In this document: positions 36,873 through 63,671 of the stretch, in pieces
Numbering within the stretch: the stretch's first letter is position 1
Layout of the letters: each line of letters opens with the position of its first letter
NCBI RefSeq assembly: GCF_009914755.1
Contig: NC_060932.1
Direction: 5' to 3' (one strand)
DNA: 64,000 bases
Origin: the human T2T-CHM13v2.0 reference genome, Homo sapiens
The notes under the pieces: generated by a model
Told to the model about the DNA's origin: nothing
Databases searched by the model: none
Seen by the model: the letters and a program-made list of their open reading frames with translations, nothing else
Translations under genes and position numbers: made by a program

Positions 36873-38058
36873 CTGAGACAGGGTGGGAGAGACACCGACA
36901 GTAAAGCTCAGCCAGGTGCAGACTGCAGCCTGGAAGCAAAGGCTGAGACAGGGTGGGAGAGACACCGACAGTAAAGCTCAGCCAGGTGCAGACTGCAGCC
37001 TGGAAGCAAAGGCTGAGACAGGGTGGGAGAGACACCGACAGTAAAGCTCAGCCAGGTGCAGACTGCAGCCTGGAAGCAAAGGCTGAGACAGGGTGGGAGA
37101 GACACGGACAGTAAAGCTCAGCCAGGTGCAGACTGCAGAATGGAAGCAAAGGCTGAGACAGAGTGGGAGAGACACCGACAGTAAAGCTCAGCCAGGTGCA
37201 GACTGCAGCGTGGAAGCAAAGGCTGAGACAGGGTGGGAGAGACACGGACAGTACGCTCAGCCAGGTGCAGACTGCAGCCTGGAAGCAAAGGCTGAGACAG
37301 GGTGGGAGAGACACGGACAGTAAAGCTCAGCCAGGTGCAGACTGCAGAATGGAAGCAAAGGCTGAGACAGGGTGGGAGAGACACGGACAGTAAAGCTCAG
37401 CCAGGTGCAGACTGCAGCCTGGAAGCAAAGGCTGAGACAGGGTGGGAGAGACACGGACAGTAAAGCTCAGCCAGGTGCAGACTGCAGAATGGAAGCAAAG
37501 GCTGAGACAGAGTGGGAGAGACACCGACAGTAAAGCTCAGCCAGGTGCAGACTGCAGAATGGAAGCAAAGGCTGAGACAGGGTGGGAGAGACACCGACAG
37601 TAAAGCTCAGCCAGGTGCAGACTGCAGCCTGGAAGCAAAGGCTGAGACAGGGTGGGAGAGACACTGACAGTAAAGCTCAGCCAGGTGCAGACTGCAGAAT
37701 GGAAGCAAAGGCTGAGACAGGGTGGGAGAGACAGGGACAATAAAGCTCAGCCAGGTGCAGACTGCAGAATGGAAGCAAAGGCTGAGACAGGGTGGGAGAG
37801 ACACGGACAGTAAAGCTCAGCCAGGTGCAGACTGCAGAATGGAAGCAAAGGCTGAGACAGGGTGGGAGAGACAGGGACAATAAAGCTCAGCCAGGTGCAG
37901 ACTGCAGAATGGAAGCAAAGGCTGAGACAGGGTGGGAGAGACACGGACAGTAAAGCTCAGCCAGGTGCAGACTGCAGAATGGAAGCAAAGGCTGAGACAG
38001 GGTGGGAGAGAGACGGACAGTAAAGCTCAGCCAGGTGCAGACTGCAGCCTGGAAGCAA
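36873..38058 (+). repeat. 70-bp VNTR, 17 copies
   Basis: ctgagacagggtgggagagacac(c/g)gacagtaaagctcagccaggtgcagactgcag(cc/aa)tggaagcaaagg. Confidence 0.98.
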
Positions 38059-38214
38059 GGGCAGTGCCATCCTCTTTCGGGGCATTTCTGGTCACTTCAG
38101 TCTGCTGGGGGGATTCCGTGTCTCACCAGGAGACTCAGGCATGGACCTGGGTTGCCACTTTCTTCCTGTTACATGGATCTCTCTACCATGCCCCAGACCC
38201 AACACCTCAGCCTT

Positions 38215-42570
<4,356 letters not shown>

Positions 42571-43047
42571 ATCAACTAGGGGGGCATTCTCACCTCACGC
42601 ACTTCTCCTAACTATTGGCCGCTTCCCAGAACCTTATACTTGTCTCTGCAGTTTATTTTCTTATTCTAATACCTATTCTGACTTCTTTTAAAAATGTGTC
42701 TTTCCTTCTGTTTTCCCCCCGTGATTATGTACTCCCTACCACTGCCAAACTTTCTGAAAGGGCTGTCATTGTCTCCACTTCCCTTGCCTCTCGTTCACTC
42801 TTTGAAATACTGCAGTTGGATTTTGAACCCCATTACTCCATTAAAATCATCCTCACCAAGTCACCAGCTGACCTCCTTATGCTGAAAACAGCGGACTCTT
42901 GTCATTCTTGCCCTCTGAGCACTCGACCGTGCCTTCCTCTCAATCGTCCCTTCCCTGTATTTTCATGACACTGCACTCTGGGTTTTCCTTCTACCTCTCC
43001 ACTACTCCATCTTTTCCTTTGCCCATTCCTTAAAGATTCATATTGCT

Positions 43048-44872
<1,825 letters not shown>

Positions 44873-47071
44873 TCCTGACTAAAGGGGCGCTGGGGTGGGT
44901 GAACTGCTGCCTGGCCCCACTTCTGGCCCCTCCTTTCCTGCAGCCCTTCCCACAGGGCCTGCCACTTCTCCCGCTCCCTGCCCCAGGCCACTGTTGGGGA
45001 GGTCAGCATAGCCCTTGTCCCCTAAGTTAAATGGAGGGGCAAATCTGCAAGCTTCTGCCCAAAACGTCTCGGAGTGGACACTTCAACCTGGCAGCAACTC
45101 TGGGGCCAGTTAGCTTGGATTTCTACGTAACGGGCAAAATGTCATAGGCTCCCACAAGGAAGCAGCGCCCTCCACCCAGCTCTGTGGCCTTTGGCTCTAA
45201 TCTGACACTGTATGGGTGGCCAGGCCCCCAGGCTGGACCCACAGCAGCCTCCCACTACCGCCAGTGGCCTGAGATTGGCAGTTAGAACTCAGATCCTGAA
45301 ACTAAACCACATCCTGCAGAACACTAAGCAAGGGACTCACTTTATGATCTAAGATCCAAACTCCTTTGTGAACTCCCCATTGTCTGGCTTGGGGAAAAAA
45401 GCCTGTCACTAACTGAGGAGTCTAGTTACTCACACTTCTTCACCAGCAGCCCAAGGGGGGCTGACAGGGGGTAGGGGGAGATCACATTGCATTGGAAAAA
45501 GAAACCCCCAGCCTATGGGACACAAGCTCCTTTCACCTGTGCTCCTCCTCTCCTGCTCAGCATCACACTTGGCCTGCAATCACCCACAACTGTCCTCCTC
45601 CCACACACAGCTGCTGTGGAAGGCAGGAGGTGGTTCTGTGGGCGTGGGGGAGACCCTGGTGGCACCCTTAGCAGCCTGACCTCTGTGCCTCCGTGTCTCA
45701 CCTGCAAAGGAGGGCATCTCCTGCCTCACAGGTGCTTGTGAGGACGAGCTGAGAGACCAGCTTTTGAACGGGGAGGGGCTGTGACATGTCAGGGCTGTTC
45801 TGGACCCAGGGTTACTGCAGTGAACCAGAAAGATTGTGCTGCAGGAGCCGAGGAGGTTGCCCTGACAGGCCTGGAAGTGGCTTAGGCTTGGATCCTCCAT
45901 CCCTGAGCACCTGGCATCGGGCAGACCAGCCTCCCTGGGGCAATGCCCACTGAGAAGCTGCAAAGCATCCTCCTGGACCATCCGTACCCTGGGGGGACAT
46001 CCCTTGGTCCCTCTGTACCCTGCAGACCGGCCCCTCTTGAGGGACACACAGACTCCGGCAAGGCAGGAGCCAAGGGCAGTGAAGCAAACCTGTCAAGGTG
46101 CTGCCGTTCCCTTGGGTGTCTCCCGCCAAGCGGCCTCCATTCTCAAGGAAGGGAGCACCGGCCACCTGTATGCATCCACCGCGCGAGTGCGCAGGGGCAG
46201 GCTTGCCAGGACGGAGCGGCCTTGCCACCCACTGCCCACGAAGGCATCCTGGCACACCCAGCATGGTCTGAAACCCTCGTATGAAGGAGGAGCTTCTCAC
46301 AGCCTGCTGCTGCCCCAGCCACAAGAAACACAGGAGCACAGGTAGGGCCCACGGAGTCCTTGAGGCCTGCTACGAGGGGCCAGTAACTACGTTTACGCCA
46401 GCAGCCATAAGCACAGGGACACAGGCAGATACCACCAGCCCGGGAAGGACGGGTGCGGTGGCTCACGTGCCACCTGCCTTCTTGCCGCAGCAGGCCTGTG
46501 GCCACTCTCTGGCTCTGCCTATCCCCATGCAGGCTGGACCTGTGGGGCACTGGTCCCTGGAGGACTCGAGGTCATGGGAGACTCTGACCCTGCCCCCAAG
46601 GAGTCTAGGGAGCTCAGAGGTGCTCAGCTGGAGACAGGCCTGTGAGGGAAAACTGTCATTCACGCCGCAGGCCACATAAGAGTGACCAAGGGGTCACAGG
46701 TCTGAAAGGGCACTGGCGAGGAAGATGGGGAGGGCACCAGTGGGGGCCAGATGAGGACTCCGGGGCCCTGAGGCCTGAGAACAACCTTCACCTGCCGTGA
46801 GACACACCTGACGGCTGCACCTGCCGCTGATGTGGAGGCAGCCAGAGCTGCGGCCAGGAGTTCAGGACCAGCCTGTCAGCAGCTGCCAGAGAGGCCCCAC
46901 CAGGCACCCCCAGTGCCTCTCACCTGCCAGGCTCTAAGCTCTGGAGCTGTCTGTTCTCAGAGTCCACCCCAAGGAGGCAAGACACTGTTGGGCCTCACAA
47001 GCCCTGTGCCCCGGCTGTCGCCTGCATCGACATGGCCCAGCAATCCAAGCCGGCTCATCCGGCAGCTCCAG

Positions 47072-47470
47072 GGCCCCTCGGTGTTCGTGGGTCTTTGTGA
47101 GCTGGGGAGAGCTGGAGAGAGGCCCCTCCGCGTTCGTGGGTCTTTGTGAGCTGGGGAGAGCTGGAGAGAGGCCCCTCCGCGTTCGTGGGTCTTTGTGAGC
47201 TGGGGAGAGCTGGAGAGAGGCCCCTCCGCGTTCGTGGGTCTTTGTGAGCTGGGGAGAGCTGGAGAGAGGCCCCTCCGCGTTCGTGGGTCTTTGTGAGCTG
47301 GGGAGAGCTGGAGAGAGGCCCCTCCGCGTTCGTGGGTCTTTGTGAGCTGGGGAGAGCTGGAGAGAGGCCCCTCCGCGTTCGTGGGTCTTTGTGAGCTGGG
47401 GAGAGCTGGAGAGAGGCCCCTCCGCGTTCGTGGGTCTTTGTGAGCTGGGGAGAGCTGGTGAGCAGGCCCC
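47072..47470 (+). repeat. 49-bp VNTR, about 8 copies, core units identical
   Basis: gttcgtgggtctttgtgagctggggagagctggagagaggcccctccgc starting at 47083, 47132, 47181 ... 47426. Confidence 0.98.
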
Positions 47471-49849
47471 CCTTCTGTGAAACAATCTGGGCCTCAATGA
47501 TGAGTCAAGACTCAGGTCCAGTCCTGGTGGCCGGCCACCCTCCCTCCTCTAGGACACCCTCCTCTTGTCCATCACACCAGGACGTCCCCTTCTCTTCCCT
47601 CTAACTTCCACTGAGAATGGCCGGCCGTCCACGGGCTCCACGCCCCTAGCCAGGGCTACAGTCCTCACAACCTGGCTTGAGGTCTGAGCTACCGGCTGAG
47701 GGTTTCTGCCCTGGGCTCTAGCCGTGGCCTCCTGGCTCCTTTGTTTTCTTTCTTTTCTTTTTTTTTTTTGAGACAAGGTCTGGTTCCATCACCCAGGCTG
47801 GAGTGCAGTGTCGTGATCTTGGCTCACTGCAACCTCCGCCTCCCAGGTTCAAGTGATTCTCCTGCCTCAGCCTCCTGAGTAGCTGGGACTACAGGCACCC
47901 GCCACCACGCCAGGCTAATTTTTGTATTTTTTGTAGAGACAGGGTCTTGCCATGTTGCCCCGTCTGATCTAGAACTCGTGAGCTCAAGCCATTTGCCCTC
48001 TTTGGCCTCCCAAAGTGCTGGGATTATACGCACGAGCCACCGTGCCCGGCTGACTCCTTTTTCTGAAACTCTTGAAAACTTCTTGTCTCTAGACCTGCTC
48101 AAATTCAAAATCTACTCCCAAACCCCAAGACTGCAAAGAAACAACAGTCAAATCTCAGCCATCCCCAGCCACAAGCCCAAGGCTGATGGACAGACCCCCA
48201 CCTAGACCCAAACTGCGTCTCTGTCCTGGGGGGACAGACCCGGCCTGGACCCCTCTGTGCTGAGCCCCTCTGGTCCTGGGCACCTCAGCAGTCCCACCAA
48301 CCTCTCACCACACCATCTCTGTCGCCACTCGGGTGCTGCAGAGTCTGCAATGGTGGTTGATTGACAGCTCCCCCTCTCCTCCATGGTACAGCCCCCACCA
48401 GCAATGCAGCTGTTCCTGTTCAACAACAGGCCCCGAATGACCAATATGACAACATGGAGGTCCTAACAGCTGCTAATCGAACCCCAGGTTTCTCCTGCTT
48501 GAACCCAGGGAAGGATCCCTTGCCTCCTGAGATGCACTTCAAACGGCCATGTGCTGCTGAAGGGCCTGGAAACCCAGCCTCACCTGACCTCACTTCTCCT
48601 CACCCTCACCTGGAATGACCACAGTCCCTGCACCAGGGCAAAGCCAATCGCTGTCATTCAGGCTGCTCCTCCCTGACCGACCATCTCCCCTCAGGACCCC
48701 TGGTGCCCTGAACAGCAGGCACAGAGAAGACCCTCCAAGGTCACGGCAGTAGATACCCTCTCCCAGCCCATGTCACCGGGTCCTCAAGCTGGAAGCCTCA
48801 CTGTCGACTCATAACCAGCCCGTGTGGCACTGCTTCCTGAGGCTGCCTCCCCCTGGACATCCCTGGTGTGATGGCAGCACGGCCATCCCCAACGCACAGC
48901 AGAGCCTCCATCTCCAGGGCCTCTGTGCCATCCTCCTCTGTGTGTGCGCAGCAGCCTCTACTGCTGTTCCCAAAACCCCAGTCCTGTGGCTGCTCTGGCA
49001 CTCGTGGGTCTCTGTATGGCATGGTGCCCAGGTGGGGCCAGCTGTCTGCCCCAGCCCTCCGTGAGGTGGGCGCTGTGGCTCTTGGAGGCTCCTGGCTCCT
49101 AGTTCTCTGTCCTCCGAAACTTCTGAGCTCCCAGGCCCACTCCAAGTTGTGGCCTGGCCTATGGCAGTGGAGCTGTGTCCACCCTGTTCACACTCACCCA
49201 CCTCTGCTAGGGTCCCTTGGGAGCACTCTCCCCCGTTTCTGGCCGGGTGAGGATCCAGGGCGCCTCCCCTCATTCCAGCAGGGAGATTAGCTCAGGTTTG
49301 CAGGCTGGAAATCCTGCTTGAGGAAAACAGTCCAGAGGCCTGGAGTGAGCCTGGGGAGGTGCAGCAGGCAGGGCCTGAACCGGCGGACCCTCATACCCAG
49401 CTAGCCAGGCGGGCTGCCCACAGGACACTTGAAGGGTAGGAAGCGGCTGCCAAGATCTCACCCCCAAAGATGCCCAGCTGGCACAAGCCTCCAGTCTCTC
49501 TTGATTTGGCTGTTAGAGAAAAGCAGATTCTGCTTGTGGTTGTCATCATGCCATCCCAAACAGATCATCACTACAGGGAGGCACGATCTCTGTACTCTGA
49601 TGGGTGCGGCATGGGTGAGGACTGACTGTCCAGAGGGCCCAGGGTGCCTTCCAGGAACACCTACAGCACCGCGACCTGATGCTCACCTCACCCCATCCCA
49701 CAGCAGCCCAGTGCCCTCCTGGCAGTGCCCACTCCTCCCCAGCTCACCCGTCAGGCACTGTTCCTCCCTAGGTGTTCTCTCCACTGCATAGAGGCTTGGA
49801 CCCGACTTCACGAAGACATTTTGAAACCATGCACCAGAGAGTGTGTGCA

Positions 49850-51020
<1,171 letters not shown>

Positions 51021-51023
51021 TGA

Positions 51024-51076
51024 ACTCACCTTGAGATGTGGGTGTCTGCACTCACCTTGAGATGTGGGTGTCTGCA
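51024..51076 (+). repeat. 26-bp tandem duplication
   Basis: actcaccttgagatgtgggtgtctgc twice. Confidence 0.92.
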
Positions 51077-52199
51077 GATGGCAAGGGACCTGTGGAGGGG
51101 CTCTGTGGATTGGAAGCACCATTGCTCTGGGCTGTCCACTCGGATACGGAGAGTGCTGTTGGAAATGCAGCACCTTGAAAGTGTCTTTGTAGTTGAGATT
51201 TTTTCCTGGAAACATTTACAGCTTGGAACTGTTCTATCTGGCCAAATATGAGGAGGCTAGAGTTGCCCCAAAAGTGGCAGCAAGGGAGTTGCCTCAAAAG
51301 ACTTCCCCAAACAGTCCCGCGATGGAATTGGTTGGGATTCCAAGGAAAGAAGCCCTAAACGCCAGGGTGATCAGTCCAGAGCATTTCTTCCGGAAATTTT
51401 CACATGGAGCTTCAGCTTTCTTGGGATCGATGATGAGGCAAGGGATGCTCCACCCAGGTACATTTGCAGCAAGGGACTCTGGCTATGGAGCTTAGATGAG
51501 AGTTTAAGGGATTGGGCTCAGGGCAGGGCCAGTTTCTACGTGTTTAGCAATAGGGTTGATCGTGTTTTCAAGCAACCTAAACAGCTTTATCAGGGAATGT
51601 GCCCGGCCCCATTGAACTGGGTTCAAGGCTGCAGGGAACACGCAATGGCCAGGTCCCAGAGCAATCAAAGGACTCTGTGTTTCTCAATCAGTAGAGAAAG
51701 AAAAGGGGGAACTGGAAGACCCTGTGAATCCCAATCTCAGCTAGGGATGAGCAATCCAGGCTGGCCCAGAGCATAAGCACCGTGACCATGTGAGGGCCTG
51801 AGCGTGCCTGGCTTTGGAGGGTCTGCTTGCTCAGTGGCCTCTAGACTCAGCCGGGCAGTGGATGCAGTGGATGGAGGAAGCCCCCTCGCCCCAGACAGGA
51901 CCTCAGGGCCTCAGAGCCCTGGCATCTGCACCCTGGACACAAGGAAGGTGCCTATGAGGTGGATGCTCTAGCCAGGCTTTCTCCCCCTCCTGCTCCTGTG
52001 TTACCCTGGTGTGCCCCCCTCACCTGCAGCAGGCCAGGTGGGGGCATAGGGTTGCCGGCCCCTACCAGCCCTGGGGGTCTGGAGGGCGGCTGGGGAAGCA
52101 GACCCCCTGTCCTTCCCTATCCTTCGCGACATGCTCCCTGAGCAGCTGCAGTCCACTTAGATGACCAGAGAGGATGTGGGGCTGAGGGAGCCGAACTCG

Positions 52200-53700
52200 G
52201 GGCAGCAGGGGCGGGGGTGGGAGTGCCGGGATCATCCGCACCGGGAGAGGCGAGGCCGGCGTCTGTTTTTCACCTGGGCCTCCCTGGGGGGCTGGGGGCT
52301 GCCTGACTCTTCCCTCCTTTGGTTTGCGCAAGTTTTCCCGCGCGGGTTCGGATCAACACGCCGGGGGAGCCCGGCTTACGTCCCTCCTGGACCCCCGCCC
52401 CGTTCTTCCCGTGGGGAGGGGCGCGTCAGGCGGACCTGGCACCCTCCGACTGCTGGGCTTCGCCGGGAGCCACGCGGGGAGGTCCAGGCAGTCGGGACGC
52501 AGGCAGCGTCCTCGCCGAGGCTGCGAGTCCGTGGCCGTCCGGGTGAGGCGCGCAGGCTCTGCCGGACGCAGAAGGAACCCGAAGGAGGCGGGGTGGAGGG
52601 CGGTGCGGGGCCGGGGAGGGGCGAGGCGAGTGGCGAGTGGACGCCGGGCCCGGCCTCGGGCAACTCCGAGGGGCGCCCTTCCTCGGGGTCCCGGAGGCTC
52701 TGCGACCCCGCGGCCGCTCCAGCCGCTCACTGGGGACAAGGCCCGAGCCAGGCGTCTCCGCGAGGCGGGGTCCATAGCGCGCCCAGCAGGCGCCTCCTGT
52801 CGCAGGGACGCGGGGGAGCGGCGCCTGAACAGCCTCGGTGGGAACCAGCGCCCGAAGCTGGTGATCCGGGGTGCGCAGGGCCCAGCCGGGCGATCCCCTG
52901 GATCTCCGCCAGCCTCCCCCCGACTCCGCTCCTCCCACCCGCCAGCGAGTCCGCAACTCCCGGCCCCGGCCCGCGTCCCCAGCTCCAGGCCCCGGCCCCG
53001 CCCCGCCCCTGCTCAGGCACCGCCCACTCCGGGCTCTGGGCCCTCCTCTCCCTCGCGGCTCCGCCCCCTGCCCGCCTCTGACTGTACCCCGCCCCCAGGC
53101 GCCAGCCCCGCCTATCTGGGCTTCTGGTCCCGCCCAGGTTCTTGTCCCTCGGGCCCCAGCCTCGCCCCTCCTCGGCTCTGACTCCACCCCTTCTCCGGAG
53201 CCTGGGAGGCGGGGCTGAGAACCACAGAGATGGCCGGGCCTCCGAGCGGCCCAGGGCGGCCGGAAGTTTGCGGGGCGGGGCGGACGCGGGTGGCCAAGGC
53301 CCGTTTCCGGCGGCGTCGCGCGTTTGCGAGCCTCGGGTGGTCCTCAGGGAGGGTGAGTCGGCGCGGCGGGCGCGGACTCGGGTTGCCCTCGGTCCGAGTG
53401 ATCCCTGGTCGCTTCCTTAGCCCTCCCGCCTTCGGCATTGGGGTCCCCGCGTCCCCCGGGCCTCCAGGCGGGAAAGCGCGGGGGCTTTGCGGGGCCTTGA
53501 GCGCCTGGTGTGGGAGGTGGTCGAGCCCAGCCACCCTCCCCCGCGGCGGCGCGAGGTGGGCTTCGTTTGGCCGAGTCTCGCAGCTCCCCGCAGACCCCGC
53601 TCGTGGCGGCCACGGTGTCCGGGGCCTGAGTAAGGCGAGCTCCAGCTGCGGCCTTTTCTTCAGGCCTGGGTCTACTCCCGGGGCCCTGACTCCTCCTGCG
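52200..53700 (+). promoter_or_regulatory. ZNF7: ZNF7 CpG-island promoter and non-coding exon 1 (ends at 53352)
   Basis: CCGGAAGT 53260-53267, tandem GC boxes 53272-53283, donor AGG/GTGAGT at 53353. Confidence 0.85.
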
Positions 53701-54158
53701 AAATCACCTCCTTCTAGAGCCTTTTCTCTTTCTATTTATTGCCCCGGAAGGCCTAGGATAAGTGACAGTGGAGGAAGGAACGGTGCCTTGGGTGGGGTAG
53801 GCTGTTTGTCTTCTCTAAATTCTGGTTGCTATTCCGGGCATTCCTACTGTCAGGAGCCAGGTGGGGGGATCAGCCTACCTGTGCCGGTGACCTGGGGCTT
53901 CCACCCACAAACCACTTTCTGGGCCAGAAGCTGCCATACGAAGACTCTTTTTCCCATTCCGACCTCCCGGGGGAATGCCTGGGCACGTAGAGGGTCTGGG
54001 GTCATTGGCTTAATTGAGGTGAACGATTTATATCAGATTACATCCCTGTGCCTGGTTCCATCCTGGCGACAGGTGAGCTGGAGACTGGAATTTATGTACT
54101 TGAGGGCAGGGGTTTCCATGTCCACTCTTGTCTTCCCTACAGTTTGTCATTTTTGCTC

Positions 54159-54222
54159 CTGCCTTCTCCAACCTCCAGTCGCTCACTGCCTTCCCCAACC
54201 TCCAGTCGCTCACTGCCTTCCC
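54159..54222 (+). repeat. 27-bp tandem duplication
   Basis: ctgccttc(t/c)ccaacctccagtcgctca x2.3. Confidence 0.9.
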
Positions 54223-54785
54223 TTGCTGCCGGGAATTTACCCACACTGGTTCATCCAACCCCATTTCTTCTTGCTTCAGGCCCTTTCACATGCTATTCCT
54301 GCTGCCTGGAGTGCTCTCTCCACCTCCATTACCTTGGCCGAGGTCCCTGGGGAAGTGACCCATTACACTGAACGTTCTAGTCTAAGTGGCTTTCATAGTT
54401 CCCTGTACTTGAGCGCTGTCGTGGTTGCAGTGTGCTTATTTGTGTGGTTATTTAACTCTTTCCTCCGCCAGACTGCTTCGTGAAGGCAGGGTCCTCGTGT
54501 CCACTACTGTATCCCCATTACTCAGTGCCTGGCACGTGGCATCCACTTCTTACGGCTTTGTGGAGTGAGTCACACATGCCACACACACATACACTCTAAA
54601 GAGGAACAAGAGTTCAGTGGGCCTCCTTCACTCAAGTGCCATGGCTGCTTCAGCCCAGCCCCATGTCCCTGCTAGAGAAATCTGGGGCTGGAGGTAAAGG
54701 AGCAGAGAGCACAGTACCCCCTTGATTAGCCTGGAAGTTGGGCTTCTGGCACCTTGACCTCTAATCCTTTCATAATTGCCAACAG

Positions 54786-54833
54786 GTCTCTCGGCCAGAA
54801 CACGTGGATGCCCACCCACCACTGAGCCTCATG
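54786..54833 (+). CDS. ZNF7: ZNF7 exon 2 (5'UTR; ATG is the last codon, 54831-54833)
   Basis: CAG acceptor; ATG/GTAGGA donor joins in phase to EVVTFGDV. Confidence 0.8.
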
Positions 54834-55112
54834 GTAGGAAGCTTGACTGCCTCCTTCCCCTCGCATGTCCTGTGAAGGCCCACCTCCTGCTCTGCCCACT
54901 GGCCCTGGGCCCAGACCCTACCTTGGCCCTTGCTGGGCTTAGGAAGGCCCCCTTGCCCCCAACCCCAAGGTAGTGAGCAAACCCCTGCCCAAACCAGGGC
55001 CTAATTGAGGCTCTTGAGGGGGGAGGGTTGTATGACCACCATGGACTGGGTTCCTTCCTCTTCCCCGAGACTGCCCCTCCCCAGAATATTAGAGGCAGAG
55101 GAGTCCTGGTGA

Positions 55113-55589
<477 letters not shown>

Positions 55590-56465
55590 TAAATTGTGAG
55601 AAATAGAATCCAAACTTGAAATAGCTTAGACAAGAAAAGAGAAATTATTGGGTGGAGAAATCCAAGGAAAAGGTTGTGCAACGAGCAAGAGGTGGCAGCG
55701 ACGCCCACACGGCTGCTTTGCAGATGCCGTCATCCCCTTGCCCCTCCTGTCCTGCCGTTAGTCTCCTCTCTGAACTCCACCACCGCCACAGGCAGCCACT
55801 GCGGTGCTCTTTATGTCCATGCCTGTGTCCTCACAAGCTGTATACTGTCGTTGGATTGCAACTTGGTGAGGGGGGGTGCGTCTTAACTTGGGCCTTGCTG
55901 GGCCTCTTGCCTGTGACTAAGCCCTCTGCTGCATCACACGCCCGAGAGAGTGCCTGGGCTGGGGGATCAGGAGTGGAACTGACGCGGGCATCGTTGGTTG
56001 GCCAGGAGCTTCTTGGGGTGTTGGACCAGGCCTGTCCCCCTCTGTCCCGGCTAGTCTGGCAAAGTCCAGCTTTCTGTTTTGCCAGTCAGATAAGTGTACA
56101 GTGGGAGGCTGTTGTAGTTTGAGTTTGCATTTCTCTGATTTCTGCTGAGCTTGAGCCTATTTTCACACCCTCATTAGCTTGCCAGGTTCTTCTGTGAAAT
56201 ATCTGTTCAGGGCATTTGCCCATATTCTAGGTCCGCTGTGTCTTATTGCTTTGAAGGTGTTGTTTCTTCATTCTGTCTAAGATGCCTTACTTTGTAAAAC
56301 ATGTAGTTATGTACACATCATTATTTTAAGAAAGTTGGAATGCTACTGATTACACGCATTTTTTAATCATTTAATTTTACTTTATACTTTTTAAAGAGCC
56401 CTCTTAGACTCATTTAGATGTGGTTTACCCTGTCTCACTGAAATAGGAAAAGACACATGCAGTGA

Positions 56466-62085
<5,620 letters not shown>

Positions 62086-63134
62086 ACATTTTATCTTTAC
62101 ATACTGCTTGGGCTGCATCCTATAAATTCTGACTCATAATAAATACAGTTGCCACTTAGTCATTTATTATGTAGTTTCCAAGTAGCTAATGGCATCTAAG
62201 CACCATTTTGTGGTGAGTTTCACACTGAGTTGCATTTGCCTGGGCGCGTGTTCTGTGGTATGTTCTTTGGCATGTCTGTGACTCAGTTTGTGGCTTGACC
62301 CAAGGCTGTTTCTTTGTTCCACATGTACTTGGAGAGAATATGCATTTTCTGTTGAATGTGGAGTCCTGCCTGCATCTGGGGGTTTCAGTTTATTGGCTAT
62401 AGGCCTTTGGAATCTCTGCCTGCCTCTTTCCTTCCAGTTGGGGGAACCCTGAAGGAAGCTTCTAAACAGAGGCCTTGGCTGGCCCATGGATCAACTGCTC
62501 ATCTCTGTACTGACCGGCACAAAGAGGGTATGGGGGCAGGTGGCCCCAAGAAGGCAGGGTGCCAGGTGGGCCCCCACAGGTCTCTGCCACCCAGTCTGCA
62601 GCGAGGGAGGCAGGCCCTGAGGCATCCTTTGTGCAGGGACTTGAGGCTGGAAGGACACTGGCTGAGGACTGGACCTTGGAGCTTTCTGATGCAAAATGTG
62701 CTTCGTTTGTGTCTATTCATCGTTGTTTGTTACCTTATTTTGTAACCACCCCTGCCTCTTGGAGCATCTCTGCTCTCTGAACTGAGGGACAGGCCCGGTT
62801 CTGCTAAGTGAAGCTTGGGCTTCTCCTTCTCTTTCCCGAGTTCCAGGGGTAGAGGCGGACTGTCCTTTGCAGACTGTTTGGTGACAGGGTCGCCTGGAGA
62901 TTGTGGGAGTCAGGTATCCCTTGCTGTCCAGCCACAGGAGGTGGACAGATCTGGACAGAAAGGGCTGCTGTGTCCCCAGATTCTCCCCACCCTCCACCCA
63001 CTCTCCCTGCAGGAGCTTGGCCTGTGCCTTGTAGCCCCCCTGCCCCTTTCCATTTGGAAACTGGGGAAGACTTAGCCCTGTGCTGCACACTTCCCGTCAT
63101 GCTGACACTGTTGTCTTCTCTGCCGCACACACAG

Positions 63135-63251
63135 CAGGATTCCTGGTTTTCAAGCCTGAGCTGATCTCTCGGCTGGAGCAGGGAGAAGAGCCATGGGTCC
63201 TCGACCTGCAGGGAGCAGAGGGGACAGAGGCACCAAGGACCTCCAAGACAG
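63135..63251 (+). CDS. ZNF7: ZNF7 KRAB-B exon (zinc-finger exon lies beyond the window)
   Basis: [39 protein letters not shown]; donor AG/GTGAGG. Confidence 0.94.
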
Positions 63252-63671
63252 GTGAGGCTTAGATCCCATCGCAGAGAAGCCCTGGGGTGAGGAGAAACTG
63301 CAGGAGGGGCCTCACAACTGTGGGTAGCTGTGGGTGAGTCACGGGGGCTACACTGGGATGCCTGGGAATGCTACTGGGGAAGCAGCATCCAGCACCTAGA
63401 AGGGAGCATAGACCCGTTGTGGGGCTGCCTTGGGAGAGGCCAAACTGCAGAAGAGCCAAGACACAAAAACCCATGCATTTCCACAAAAACGGAGCTTGTT
63501 TTTGAATCATGTCACATTTTGTTCTATTTTTAATTTTACTCATACTTTCGTTAAGCAAAGATACAAACCTATGGATCCAAGTGAAGGGTTAGGTTTGGCA
63601 TTCAGTAACCTCTCCTCGGGTAAGCATATTCCCTGAGGCAGCTCCCTTCAGACCCTCTCAGGCTCCAGGAG

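Noticed and set aside
36873-38058. VNTRs (also 47072-47470) as CRISPR-like arrays or repeat proteins
   Set aside because: Head-to-tail units with no unique spacers; the repeated ORFs are artefacts
44900-49800. Many 60-190 aa ORFs in GC-rich unique DNA between ZNF517 and ZNF7
   Set aside because: No recognisable domain or consistent exon chain; a lncRNA cannot be judged from sequence alone
53230-54483. 417-codon ORF across the ZNF7 promoter and intron 1
   Set aside because: Starts upstream of the likely TSS, crosses a strong donor, low-complexity with no domain; expected in GC-rich DNA
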